Of a stretch of DNA of 64,000 bases, positions 50,436 to 59,254 are shown in pieces. Every line of letters starts with the position of its first letter. The stretch's first letter is position 1. The notes below the pieces were generated by a model that was not told where the DNA came from, did not search any database, and worked only from the letters and a program-made list of their open reading frames with translations. The DNA is from an uncultured Mycoplasmatota bacterium. GTDB taxonomy: Bacteria; Bacillota_I; Bacilli_A; RF39; UBA660. The position numbers and the translations under genes are program-made. The stretch lies in NCBI GenBank assembly GCA_946402735.1, contig CAMIXH010000001.1, positions 5,983-69,982 on the forward strand, given 5' to 3'.

Positions 50436-52973
50436 ATGTTTGATAGAAGAATAGTGGAAGAAATATCAAATAGTAAAGGTTATTCAATTGCTCTATTAAC
50501 AACATTTAATTTTGAAATTAGCTATTTTGAAAGAGCAGTTTTAAATGCGTTATATGATAAAAATATTAAGAATATTGAATTATTTGTAGATGCAGATGAA
50601 CTTGAAAAAGCAGTATCAGAAAGTATAGATAATAATTTAAATAAAAAATATATTGCTAATCCAATTAGAATTAATTCAGCATTTCATCCTAAAGTTGTTT
50701 TATTATTTGGAGAAGAAAAAGCTAAATTAATTGTGGCTAGTGCAAATATTAAAACATCTGGATATACACTTAATAATGAAGTTTATAATGTATTTGAATA
50801 TAATAAAGATTATCAAGATAATTTAAATTTAATTAATGATGCAATTAGTTTCTTTGAAAGATTAAATAGTATGTCTTATTATCAAGATGAAAAGATATTT
50901 AATAGAATTAATGATTTGATTTATAGACACAGAAGAATAGATAATAATGATGTTAAATTAATTCAAAACTTAGATAAATCAGTTTTAGAGCAATTAAAAG
51001 AAATTATTACAGATAAAGTAGAATCAATTGATATTGCTGTTCCATACTATGACAATGAATTATTAGGATATAAAGATTTATCAGAAACATTTGATTGCAA
51101 AAATATTAACTTATATTTGCAAAACGGATTAAGTACATTCCCAGTAGATTATAATATTAATAATGGGATTGTGAATGCAGATAATATATATACATATTTG
51201 AAACTTAAAAGTAATGGTAAGAAAAACTTTTATCATGGAAAAGTGTTTAGAATTAATACAAATAATAAATCATTCATTCTATATGGTAGTTCTAACTGTA
51301 CTATGAGTGCTTTATCAAAAACATATCATAATGGTGGTAATATTGAATGTAATATTCTAGAGGAAGGAATTAAGTCTGATTTTGATTATTTCTTTGATAA
51401 CTTTGAGATTGAATCATTTGATGAACTAACTTGCAATATTATTGAATATGAGCCACAGGAAAAGAAAAATTTCAGTTTTAAATATGGGATAAAGAAAGAT
51501 GAAGTAAAACTATATCTATCATACAAAGATAAGAAAGATAATATTAAGATTCAAATAGGAGAAAAAGAATTATCGTATGAATATTATGAAAATGAACTAG
51601 TAATATTATTAGATAAACTAACATCTGACGAAATTAATAATATTTTTGATTTAAAAATAACAGTTGGAGATAATCAAGAGTTTATTAGGTGTTGGTATTT
51701 TGATATTGATACTATAGAAAATTATAGAAATGCTGAGAGAACATCATCTTTTGAAGATATTAATGTTGATGAAGATATGGAAAAATATCGTGAACATATG
51801 GAATTAATTGTAAGAACATTAGCTTTAACTAAAGATGAATATTCAGAACAAATGAAGTTACAAAAAATGCTAAATAAAAAATCTAATTTAGAGAATCAAG
51901 AAGATTTAGATGAAGATGAGATAGATGATAACTTTATTATTGATAAAGATATACCAGATGAATATATAAGAAAAAATAAAGATTTTACAAATGCATATAT
52001 TAAATCTAGATTATTCTCAGATCGTTTCTTTAAAGGTTTAAAACTAAAAGGAAGTAGTAGTGGTTCTTCTTCAATTCATACAGATAATAAACCAAGTGAA
52101 AGTGAAAAAAAGAAAAGACCAGCTACACCTGCAGAAAAAAGATTTGAAAGATTTATTAAGAGTAGAGTAAAAGGAATACTTAGAGATGAGTATATAGAAC
52201 TTGTAGATTATGAACATTATAAAAATAGTATTGGAGTTATTCTTGATGTAATTAATGAATACAAATATAAAGAACAAGTTGAAGATATATTTGAAGATAA
52301 GTATGTAATAGAAATATCATTAGATTTAATTAATAGACTTCTAGAAAAGGAATCAATGAATCATGAACAAGATGAAAAAGATACAACGATTATTCTTACA
52401 TTTATAGCAGTTATAGAAAATCATATGTTAAATAATTCTGAAGAAAATAAAGATTATAAAGTTGAGTTGCTAAATAAGGAAATTATAAAACAACTTAATC
52501 AATTATTTAATATTAGAGAGAGTTTTGAAGAATTATTAGAATATGCAGTTAATAATATAAATCAAAAAATTGGAAATATAGATTATGATACTGCTAAAAA
52601 CTATATTGAATCTTTATTTGGATATAGAACTAATGAACAATTACTAGATGTTATTAAACATGAATATGGAGAAGATTCTAAAATTGAGATTAACGATAAT
52701 AATGTTAAAATAGAAACATCAACTGATAATATCACTAAATATTTAAAATTAAATGATCTCCCAATTATAGAAATAAGAAAATACTATAAAAACAATAATG
52801 CCAGATTAGATAATATAAATATAATAATTAAAAATCTAAAAAATGATTATCCAAGTACTGCTGATCCAATAAATATTCTAGAATATATTCTTAATGAAGA
52901 AACTAGAAAATATTATCAAAAAATTACAAGAAAATCCGGAATAGAAGACAAAATAAAAGAAATCAAGATTTAA
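50436..52973 (+). CDS. Phospholipase D-family nuclease-like protein
   Basis: LLTTFNF, FHPKV...ASANI...NNE and YHGKV...YGSSNCT...NIE: two HxK half-sites. Confidence 0.75.
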   Translation: MFDRRIVEEISNSKGYSIALLTTFNFEISYFERAVLNALYDKNIKNIELFVDADELEKAVSESIDNNLNKKYIANPIRINSAFHPKVVLLFGEEKAKLIVASANIKTSGYTLNNEVYNVFEYNKDYQDNLNLINDAISFFERLNSMSYYQDEKIFNRINDLIYRHRRIDNNDVKLIQNLDKSVLEQLKEIITDKVESIDIAVPYYDNELLGYKDLSETFDCKNINLYLQNGLSTFPVDYNINNGIVNADNIYTYLKLKSNGKKNFYHGKVFRINTNNKSFILYGSSNCTMSALSKTYHNGGNIECNILEEGIKSDFDYFFDNFEIESFDELTCNIIEYEPQEKKNFSFKYGIKKDEVKLYLSYKDKKDNIKIQIGEKELSYEYYENELVILLDKLTSDEINNIFDLKITVGDNQEFIRCWYFDIDTIENYRNAERTSSFEDINVDEDMEKYREHMELIVRTLALTKDEYSEQMKLQKMLNKKSNLENQEDLDEDEIDDNFIIDKDIPDEYIRKNKDFTNAYIKSRLFSDRFFKGLKLKGSSSGSSSIHTDNKPSESEKKKRPATPAEKRFERFIKSRVKGILRDEYIELVDYEHYKNSIGVILDVINEYKYKEQVEDIFEDKYVIEISLDLINRLLEKESMNHEQDEKDTTIILTFIAVIENHMLNNSEENKDYKVELLNKEIIKQLNQLFNIRESFEELLEYAVNNINQKIGNIDYDTAKNYIESLFGYRTNEQLLDVIKHEYGEDSKIEINDNNVKIETSTDNITKYLKLNDLPIIEIRKYYKNNNARLDNINIIIKNLKNDYPSTADPINILEYILNEETRKYYQKITRKSGIEDKIKEIKI

Positions 52974-53006
52974 TAGAAGATAAATAAAATTATCTTCTTT
53001 TTTTTG

Positions 53007-53025
53007 TTTATAACAAACACGAAAG
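53007..53025 (+). repeat. 19-bp direct repeat/operator, copy 1
   Basis: TTTATAACAAACACGAAAG identical to 57381-57399. Confidence 0.85.
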
Positions 53026-53057
53026 ATTTTATGGTATAATATTTCAGGAGGGATACT

Positions 53058-53276
53058 ATGATTTCTAAATTAATATATTTATATCACAAGAAAAATAGAT
53101 ATCTTCAATCTTATATACAAGATTTAATTGCTGACAAAACTGACTTTGAACCTCATAAAATAAAACTTGAAATATCATCAAAAGAAAATAATTCTCAAGA
53201 GTTTAACCACTTTATTTTTAGCTATAATGGATTGAGATATGATTTACTTGATGATGAATTAAAAATAATAGGATAA
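53058..53276 (+). CDS. Small hypothetical protein
   Basis: TGGTATAAT promoter and AGGAGG RBS upstream. Confidence 0.55.
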   Translation: MISKLIYLYHKKNRYLQSYIQDLIADKTDFEPHKIKLEISSKENNSQEFNHFIFSYNGLRYDLLDDELKIIG

Positions 53277-53419
53277 AGAACAATTAAATTTGTTCTTTTT
53301 TCTTTCGTAATTGTACAAAAAATTGACATTTTTATGTTATAATTATAAATGAGTGAAAATATGAGGTAGTTATAAATTATAGTTTACCTTTTAATTCATT
53401 TAATGGGGAGGAAAAATTA

Positions 53420-54217
53420 ATGGGTAGCAATATTTATAGTAGTAAAAATAAGTTGAACGATTTAACTGGTTCTGAATGGAAGTTTTCAACTAAATCAGTT
53501 ATTAATAAAGCATATCCAATAAATATGCAACATAAATTAAGATCTCAACATGGAGGACAAAAACCACCACAATTATGTGAAGATATTATAAAAATCTTTA
53601 CTAAAAAAGGTATGATAGTTTTAGATCCATTCATGGGTGTCGGTGGTTCCTTATTAGGAGCTTCATTATGTGATAGAAAGGCTATAGGAATTGATATCAC
53701 TGAAAAATGGATAGATATTTATAAACAAGTATCGGAACTAGAGAAACTAGAAATTCAGCAAACATATTGTGGCGATTCATTTAAAGTTTTGAATAAAATC
53801 GAAGATGAAAGTGTTGATTTCATTTTAACCGATGTTCCTTATTGGAATATGGATGCATTAGAAAAAACAAGAAACAAAACAGTAAAACAATCTAAACTGA
53901 ACAATTTTGAAAATAACTCTGAAGGTCAATCAAAAAAAGATTGGCTAAATAATATGAAAAAGATATTAGGAAAAGCATCTAAAAAACTTAAAAAAGGCAA
54001 ATATATGGCAGTTTTTATAGGAGATATGTATAGAGATAGTGAATATCATTGTTTATCAGGAGAACTTGCATTGAAATTGTCAGAAATTGATGGATTAACA
54101 ATGAAGGCAAATTTAATTTGGGAGGATAATAGCAAGTCATTACATGTCTTTGGGTATCCAGCTGCATATGTTCCATCAATGATTCATCAAAATATTTTAA
54201 TATTTAGGAGGGATTAA
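53420..54217 (+). CDS. DNA amino-methyltransferase (N4-C/N6-A)
   Basis: VLDPFMGVGG (motif I) precedes TDVPYW (motif IV-like). Confidence 0.85.
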   Translation: MGSNIYSSKNKLNDLTGSEWKFSTKSVINKAYPINMQHKLRSQHGGQKPPQLCEDIIKIFTKKGMIVLDPFMGVGGSLLGASLCDRKAIGIDITEKWIDIYKQVSELEKLEIQQTYCGDSFKVLNKIEDESVDFILTDVPYWNMDALEKTRNKTVKQSKLNNFENNSEGQSKKDWLNNMKKILGKASKKLKKGKYMAVFIGDMYRDSEYHCLSGELALKLSEIDGLTMKANLIWEDNSKSLHVFGYPAAYVPSMIHQNILIFRRD

Positions 54218-54218
54218 T

Positions 54219-56018
54219 ATGAGATTAAAAAGCAAATACAATTTCAAAAAATTTGATTTAAATGTTAAAAATAAATTTATTGTATATGGAGATAATCTTG
54301 AAGAGTCTACTCAAATTATTAAATGGCTTTATGATTTCAATTCCGATAGAATGAAATTTATTGGAATGGAATATGCATCTTTATCTGAATATATATACAA
54401 ATATTCAATAAATAATGAAATGTATTATTTTGTAGCAAAAGCATATTATAGAAATGGAAAATTACCTTATGATGTAAGACATGTTATTAAGGAATTAGAT
54501 AAACCAGATGCAGTTATATATTCAGAAGATGATGAAAAAGTTTTAATGGGATTCGAAACTACATCTACTACTATGGCAGGTAATGCAACATGGCAGAGAA
54601 CAGGAAGAATTATCAATTTCTTAGAAATGGGAATTCCTTTTGGATTTTTAGCTTATTTTAGCAAAAATGACAAGTCTGATACTAATGTAAATAAAAAGCC
54701 GAGAATTCCAGGTGCATTATTTGTGCTATTATTTAATTTACTTTCTTTAAAATATCACACACCTGCATTAGTTGGATTCTTTGAACACCCAGATAAAGCA
54801 CAAAATAGAGATGCACTAAATCCAAATGATGATTGGAGAGAAGCAATCTTCAAATATTTATTATCATTAATATTAAAAGAAAATGGAGAAGAACACTTAG
54901 AAAAATGTTATTCAAATATGAAGAATTATTATTTTAGTTCTGACAAAATAAAATCAACATTAAGTGAATTTGGTTCAACAACACTTGATTACATGAAAGA
55001 TAGTAATTTTTCAAAAAATATTATTGATGACATGAAGAATAAGAATAATGTTCCATTTTATGATAAAAGTAAATTATTATTTGATTGGACACCAAAAAAG
55101 ATTACTGAAAAAGTTCACGAACTATTTCCCAATATTAAGTTTTATCAAATATCAAAAAATTGCAAAGCAGGAATAACATTTCAAACAGAAGAATTAATAG
55201 ATATATTAAATAAAAATAAAAAGGTATATGTAGAAGATAACTTTAAAAATATACATGCACCTACTGTTGTAATACCAATAAAATTAACAAAACTTGATAA
55301 TAAGACAGGAAATATTGTTCCGACAGATGATCCATACAATGGTGAAATTCCAGCTTTTGCAAATCTATATTTACAATCATTTCCTAATGCAAATGTAATG
55401 TTATTGTTGTGTGATCATACTAATAAAAATGAATATAATGTTGAAGGAGCTAAAGGAAGAAAAGTATATAAATCAATTGATAAATATGCTGACGTTGTTG
55501 CAGATATGGATCTTAATTTATTTAGTAGAGAATCCGAAGGCTCAAGAATTGAAAACAAGAGTAAATATGAAAATCAATTTACAACAGAAGATGATGTTAC
55601 TTCTTTCTTTGGAACTGTTTTATTGAATGAAGGAATTGTTCCATCATTTATTAATCCACCTTGTGGAAGTTGGTCTGATATTCATTTATATCCTACAGAT
55701 AAATACTATTATTATAATAGAAATGATGATAGGGGAGATATTGCATTCTTTGATCCAGATGATGAAACATATTACTTTGGTGAAAGTAAAAAAGACTATA
55801 GAACATTAGCATTAACAATGGAAGAAGAGTATAGAAAGACAATGAATTTATCGCAAATTGTTTTAAACGAATTGGATAATAAGTATCAAACAAGATTATT
55901 TGCAATTTTTAAAGGGAATAAAGATGAAGCTAAAAAAGTATTAGATAATTCTAAGTTTGATTTTGTTGTAACAGTAGATGATACTGATGAAGTTACTCTA
56001 GAGGTCGTAGAAAGATAA
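54219..56018 (+). CDS. Putative restriction endonuclease
   Basis: Lies between two MTases; PDAVI...FETT and GDIAF...GESKK PD-(D/E)xK-like motifs. Confidence 0.6.
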   Translation: MRLKSKYNFKKFDLNVKNKFIVYGDNLEESTQIIKWLYDFNSDRMKFIGMEYASLSEYIYKYSINNEMYYFVAKAYYRNGKLPYDVRHVIKELDKPDAVIYSEDDEKVLMGFETTSTTMAGNATWQRTGRIINFLEMGIPFGFLAYFSKNDKSDTNVNKKPRIPGALFVLLFNLLSLKYHTPALVGFFEHPDKAQNRDALNPNDDWREAIFKYLLSLILKENGEEHLEKCYSNMKNYYFSSDKIKSTLSEFGSTTLDYMKDSNFSKNIIDDMKNKNNVPFYDKSKLLFDWTPKKITEKVHELFPNIKFYQISKNCKAGITFQTEELIDILNKNKKVYVEDNFKNIHAPTVVIPIKLTKLDNKTGNIVPTDDPYNGEIPAFANLYLQSFPNANVMLLLCDHTNKNEYNVEGAKGRKVYKSIDKYADVVADMDLNLFSRESEGSRIENKSKYENQFTTEDDVTSFFGTVLLNEGIVPSFINPPCGSWSDIHLYPTDKYYYYNRNDDRGDIAFFDPDDETYYFGESKKDYRTLALTMEEEYRKTMNLSQIVLNELDNKYQTRLFAIFKGNKDEAKKVLDNSKFDFVVTVDDTDEVTLEVVER

Positions 56019-57040
56019 TGAAATATATAGGGAATAAAACCAGAGTTATTGATTTCATAGAGCAATCATTAAAAGATGCTAATATAGACTACTCAAATAA
56101 GACAGTTATAGATTTATTTGCTGGAACAGGAAGTGTTAGTTCATTCTTTTTAGAAAACAAATCAACAGTTTATTCTTGTGATAATATGTTTTACAGTATT
56201 TGCGAGCAATATAGAACTAATTATTATACAGAAGAGCCAACTTTCGAAGAGTTAAAAGAACTTATAGATGATATATCTTTAGATGGAGTCTTAGAATATT
56301 TAAATAATGTTAAACCCAAAAAAGGTTATTTCTTTAATAATTATGCACCAGATGGAAGTGAACATAGACAATATTTTTCAAATGAGAATGCAATGAAATT
56401 AGATGCAATTCGAGAAAAAATTAGCAAATGGGAAAAATTTTTGCCTTATGAAAAAAAATGTTTCTTGCTTGGCATACTAATGTGTGCAGCTGATAGAGTT
56501 TCAAACACATCTGGAACATACGGAGCATATTTAAAAATATGGAGATCAATGGCTCTTAAGGATTTAATACTAGAAAAGCCAAAGTTTTATAAGCATCAAT
56601 TTAACTATATCGAATTGGATGATGTATTGAATTGTGTTTCCAAACACAAAAATGTAGATATCATATATATGGATCCACCATATAACAAAAGACAATATGC
56701 AAGTAATTTTCATGTTTTAGAAAATATTGTTGTATATGATAAGCAAGAATTGAAAGGCAAAACTGGATTAAGAGAATATACTAATCAAAAATCTGATTAT
56801 TGCATCAAAAATAAAGTAAAAAAATCATTTGAAGAATTGGTTAATAACATGGATGCAAATGTTCTTGTAATGAGTTATAGCACCGAAGGGTTGTTATCTG
56901 AAAAAGAAATACTAGAAGTCTTAGAAAAAAAAGGAAAGACAACGGTATATAGATATGATTATAGGCGTTTTAAAACAAATGCTTGGACAGAAGGAAATAC
57001 GAGTTTACAAGAGTTGTTATTTATATGCAAAATAAAATAG
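56018..57040 (+). CDS. DNA adenine methyltransferase (D12 class)
   Basis: MKYIGNK, DLFAGTGSVS, YMDPPYN.RQY. Confidence 0.9.
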   Translation: MKYIGNKTRVIDFIEQSLKDANIDYSNKTVIDLFAGTGSVSSFFLENKSTVYSCDNMFYSICEQYRTNYYTEEPTFEELKELIDDISLDGVLEYLNNVKPKKGYFFNNYAPDGSEHRQYFSNENAMKLDAIREKISKWEKFLPYEKKCFLLGILMCAADRVSNTSGTYGAYLKIWRSMALKDLILEKPKFYKHQFNYIELDDVLNCVSKHKNVDIIYMDPPYNKRQYASNFHVLENIVVYDKQELKGKTGLREYTNQKSDYCIKNKVKKSFEELVNNMDANVLVMSYSTEGLLSEKEILEVLEKKGKTTVYRYDYRRFKTNAWTEGNTSLQELLFICKIK

Positions 57041-57049
57041 GATTTAATC

Positions 57050-57322
57050 CTATTTTTTTTCATCTATCCTAGAATAATTTGTAATATGTTCTTTATTATA
57101 TGTAAGTAAAAGTGTTGCTGTAACTTTAGAATTGTGATCAAATTTATTAATATTACTTGCAAATTTATCTACGGTTGCTAAACGAACATTTACCTTTAAA
57201 TTTTCAATTTGATTTAAATACGAAAGTGATGTACCTAGTATCTCTGCAAATTTTTCTTGAGATAAGTTATGCTTCATTCTATAATATCTCAAATTAATAG
57301 CTAAAATCTCAATCAATTTCAT
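57050..57322 (-). CDS. XRE/C-protein-like HTH regulator
   Basis: LAINLRYYR...LSQEKFAEILG.S.SYLNQIEN. Confidence 0.85.
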   Translation of the reverse strand: MKLIEILAINLRYYRMKHNLSQEKFAEILGTSLSYLNQIENLKVNVRLATVDKFASNINKFDHNSKVTATLLLTYNKEHITNYSRIDEKK

Positions 57323-57355
57323 AATCTTACCTCCTTATTTGTTATACAAATTTAT

Positions 57356-57399
57356 TTTATAGAAACACGAAAGGAATGTCTTTATAACAAACACGAAAG
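57356..57399 (+). repeat. Tandem operator-like repeats, copies 2 and 3
   Basis: TTTATAGAAACACGAAAG and TTTATAACAAACACGAAAG upstream of the divergent HTH gene. Confidence 0.8.
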
Positions 57400-57519
57400 G
57401 AAATGAGTATAATACTATTTACAAATTAGATTAAATAGTCTATTATATGTATGTAATAAAAGTTCAACTTCATACTTATATTTTTTTACAAATAATGTTG
57501 AATCATTAGAGGTGGAATT

Positions 57520-57831
57520 ATGGATATAGATACATTGATTGATATGCTTAAAGATTATTGTAGGGATTCCAACAAAAGTGATGATAAAGAAATATTTAAT
57601 TCATATCAACAACAATATTTAAATGGTTATGCAGGTGTCATCATTAATAGTATTGATGATAAATTTGAAATATATACATATATAAAAAATAAAGATAAGA
57701 TTGCAAGTCCATTATTATTATGGAAGACTGATTCAGAAGAAAAGGCAAATAATTATTATAATAGATTAGTTGAGATAATAAAGTCTCAAGATTATAATGT
57801 TTTAATTGGTTTTTGTAAATCAGGTCTTTAA
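57520..57831 (+). CDS. Hypothetical protein
   Basis: GAGGTGG RBS; 103 aa ORF. Confidence 0.55.
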   Translation: MDIDTLIDMLKDYCRDSNKSDDKEIFNSYQQQYLNGYAGVIINSIDDKFEIYTYIKNKDKIASPLLLWKTDSEEKANNYYNRLVEIIKSQDYNVLIGFCKSGL

Positions 57832-57836
57832 TTAGG

Positions 57837-57891
57837 GTACGGAAAAAGTACGGAAAAGGTACGGTAAAGGTACGGAAAAAGTACGGAAAAG
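57837..57891 (+). repeat. Five tandem 11-bp repeats GTACGG(A/T)AAA(A/G)
   Basis: Units start at 57837, 57848, 57859, 57870 and 57881. Confidence 0.95.
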
Positions 57892-58216
57892 GAATATTGC
57901 TTTTTCATTTCAATATGGTAGAATGTAGTAAAGTGAATAATTATGAATTAAATAATTATTCATTTTTTGTTGCTTTATTATTGCTTTTTCAAAAAAAAGT
58001 GATATTATAGATAACAATTAGTGATTTTGTAGGGATGAAGGTGGTTTATATGAGAATCATTCAACTCGGATTTTCACAATTATCGTTAGTCAACTTGATA
58101 AGTAAATATAAGGACTCATACCCTAAAAAATTAGATTTAAATGAATATAAGAAGAGCAGTATCAATTCTTAACGGATTTTCTGCTCTTCTTTTATTTATA
58201 ATAAGGGAGGTTTTGA

Positions 58217-58648
58217 ATGAAATTATTAAGTACAGAAGTAATAGACAAATATGATTACTTAAAAACAAATCAAAAAGTAAAAGAATATATGTCTAAATTT
58301 GAAGATGATTATTACAGATATGTAAGTATACTTCCACCTAGTATATCTTCGCACTTGAGTGAAATTAAAGTTCAATCAAGTTTTAGTAATACATCATCAA
58401 TTGAAACATATGTAATTAAGAAAACTGAAAAGGAGGAAAAGTTTCTTCAAACATTAGATAAGATTCTAAGAGTTTTAGATTCATTTAATCAAGAAGAGCA
58501 AAGGTATTTTAAAGGAGTATTCTTTTTAGGAAATTCAGAACCAGTAATATCTGAAGAATTGCAATGTGCAGATAAAAAGATTAGACACATTAAAAAAAGT
58601 AGTATTATAAAATTTGCTCTAGCAATGGATCTAGCAATATTAAAATAA
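58217..58648 (+). CDS. ArpU/RinA-family transcriptional activator
   Basis: KT..KV...; C-terminal sigma4-like HTH; IKK.SIIKFA.AM. Confidence 0.7.
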   Translation: MKLLSTEVIDKYDYLKTNQKVKEYMSKFEDDYYRYVSILPPSISSHLSEIKVQSSFSNTSSIETYVIKKTEKEEKFLQTLDKILRVLDSFNQEEQRYFKGVFFLGNSEPVISEELQCADKKIRHIKKSSIIKFALAMDLAILK

Positions 58649-58720
58649 ATTAAGATAAACTTAATAATTTCATTATGCACCTTAACGGGTGTTTTTTTAT
58701 GGAAAAATTTAGGAGGTTTT

Positions 58721-58864
58721 ATGTTAGGAAAAATTTTAGGAATTATCTTTTTAATACTTATAGGAGTATTTGCTGTGTGTTCATGTAAGGTTGCTTCATG
58801 GGCAGATCAAGAAATGGAAGAAGATTTGAGAAAGAGGAAACAAAATGAGAAGAAAAACATATAG
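58721..58864 (+). CDS. Small membrane protein (47 aa, absent from the ORF track)
   Basis: AGGAGG RBS; MLGKILGIIFLILIGVFAVCSCKVASWADQEME... Confidence 0.55.
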   Translation: MLGKILGIIFLILIGVFAVCSCKVASWADQEMEEDLRKRKQNEKKNI

Positions 58865-59048
58865 AGCAACTATTATTAATAGTGGGCATACTTCAGTTAT
58901 GCTTGTTGGAGGATACAATAAACCATCAGTTAAGAAACAATTAACTGATTTTTTTATTAAAACTAATCAAATTAAAGACTATACAAAATTTGAAATCTAT
59001 TTAAAACAAGTTGTTTATATAGATGGTAATTATGTGGAGGTTGAATAA
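58845..59048 (+). CDS. Small hypothetical protein
   Basis: 67 aa ORF in the operon leading to the recombinase. Confidence 0.55.
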   Translation: MRRKTYRATIINSGHTSVMLVGGYNKPSVKKQLTDFFIKTNQIKDYTKFEIYLKQVVYIDGNYVEVE

Positions 59049-59050
59049 AC

Positions 59051-59227
59051 ATGGATGATATTAAAACATTTGAATTGGATGCTAAAACACAAGATTTTGT
59101 AGATTTAAATATAATAATAGCTTTATTTAAATCATTTGTTAGAGACAAAGTAATTACGAATAAGGAATGTGATTCACTAATTGAATATGTGAAACGCACC
59201 ATGATATTAGAAGAAGAAATAATATAA
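59051..59227 (+). CDS. Small protein (58 aa), candidate recombination directionality factor
   Basis: GGAGG RBS; MDDIKTFELD...; immediately upstream of the serine recombinase. Confidence 0.5.
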   Translation: MDDIKTFELDAKTQDFVDLNIIIALFKSFVRDKVITNKECDSLIEYVKRTMILEEEII

Positions 59228-59254
59228 ACTTTTGATTAGAAAGGAACGAGTAAT

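Noticed and set aside
57837-57891. Possible CRISPR array
   Set aside because: 11-bp units abut directly with no unique spacers, and no cas genes are present
58972-59202. Minus-strand 76 aa ORF
   Set aside because: Overlaps plus-strand ORFs that have an RBS and fit the operon direction
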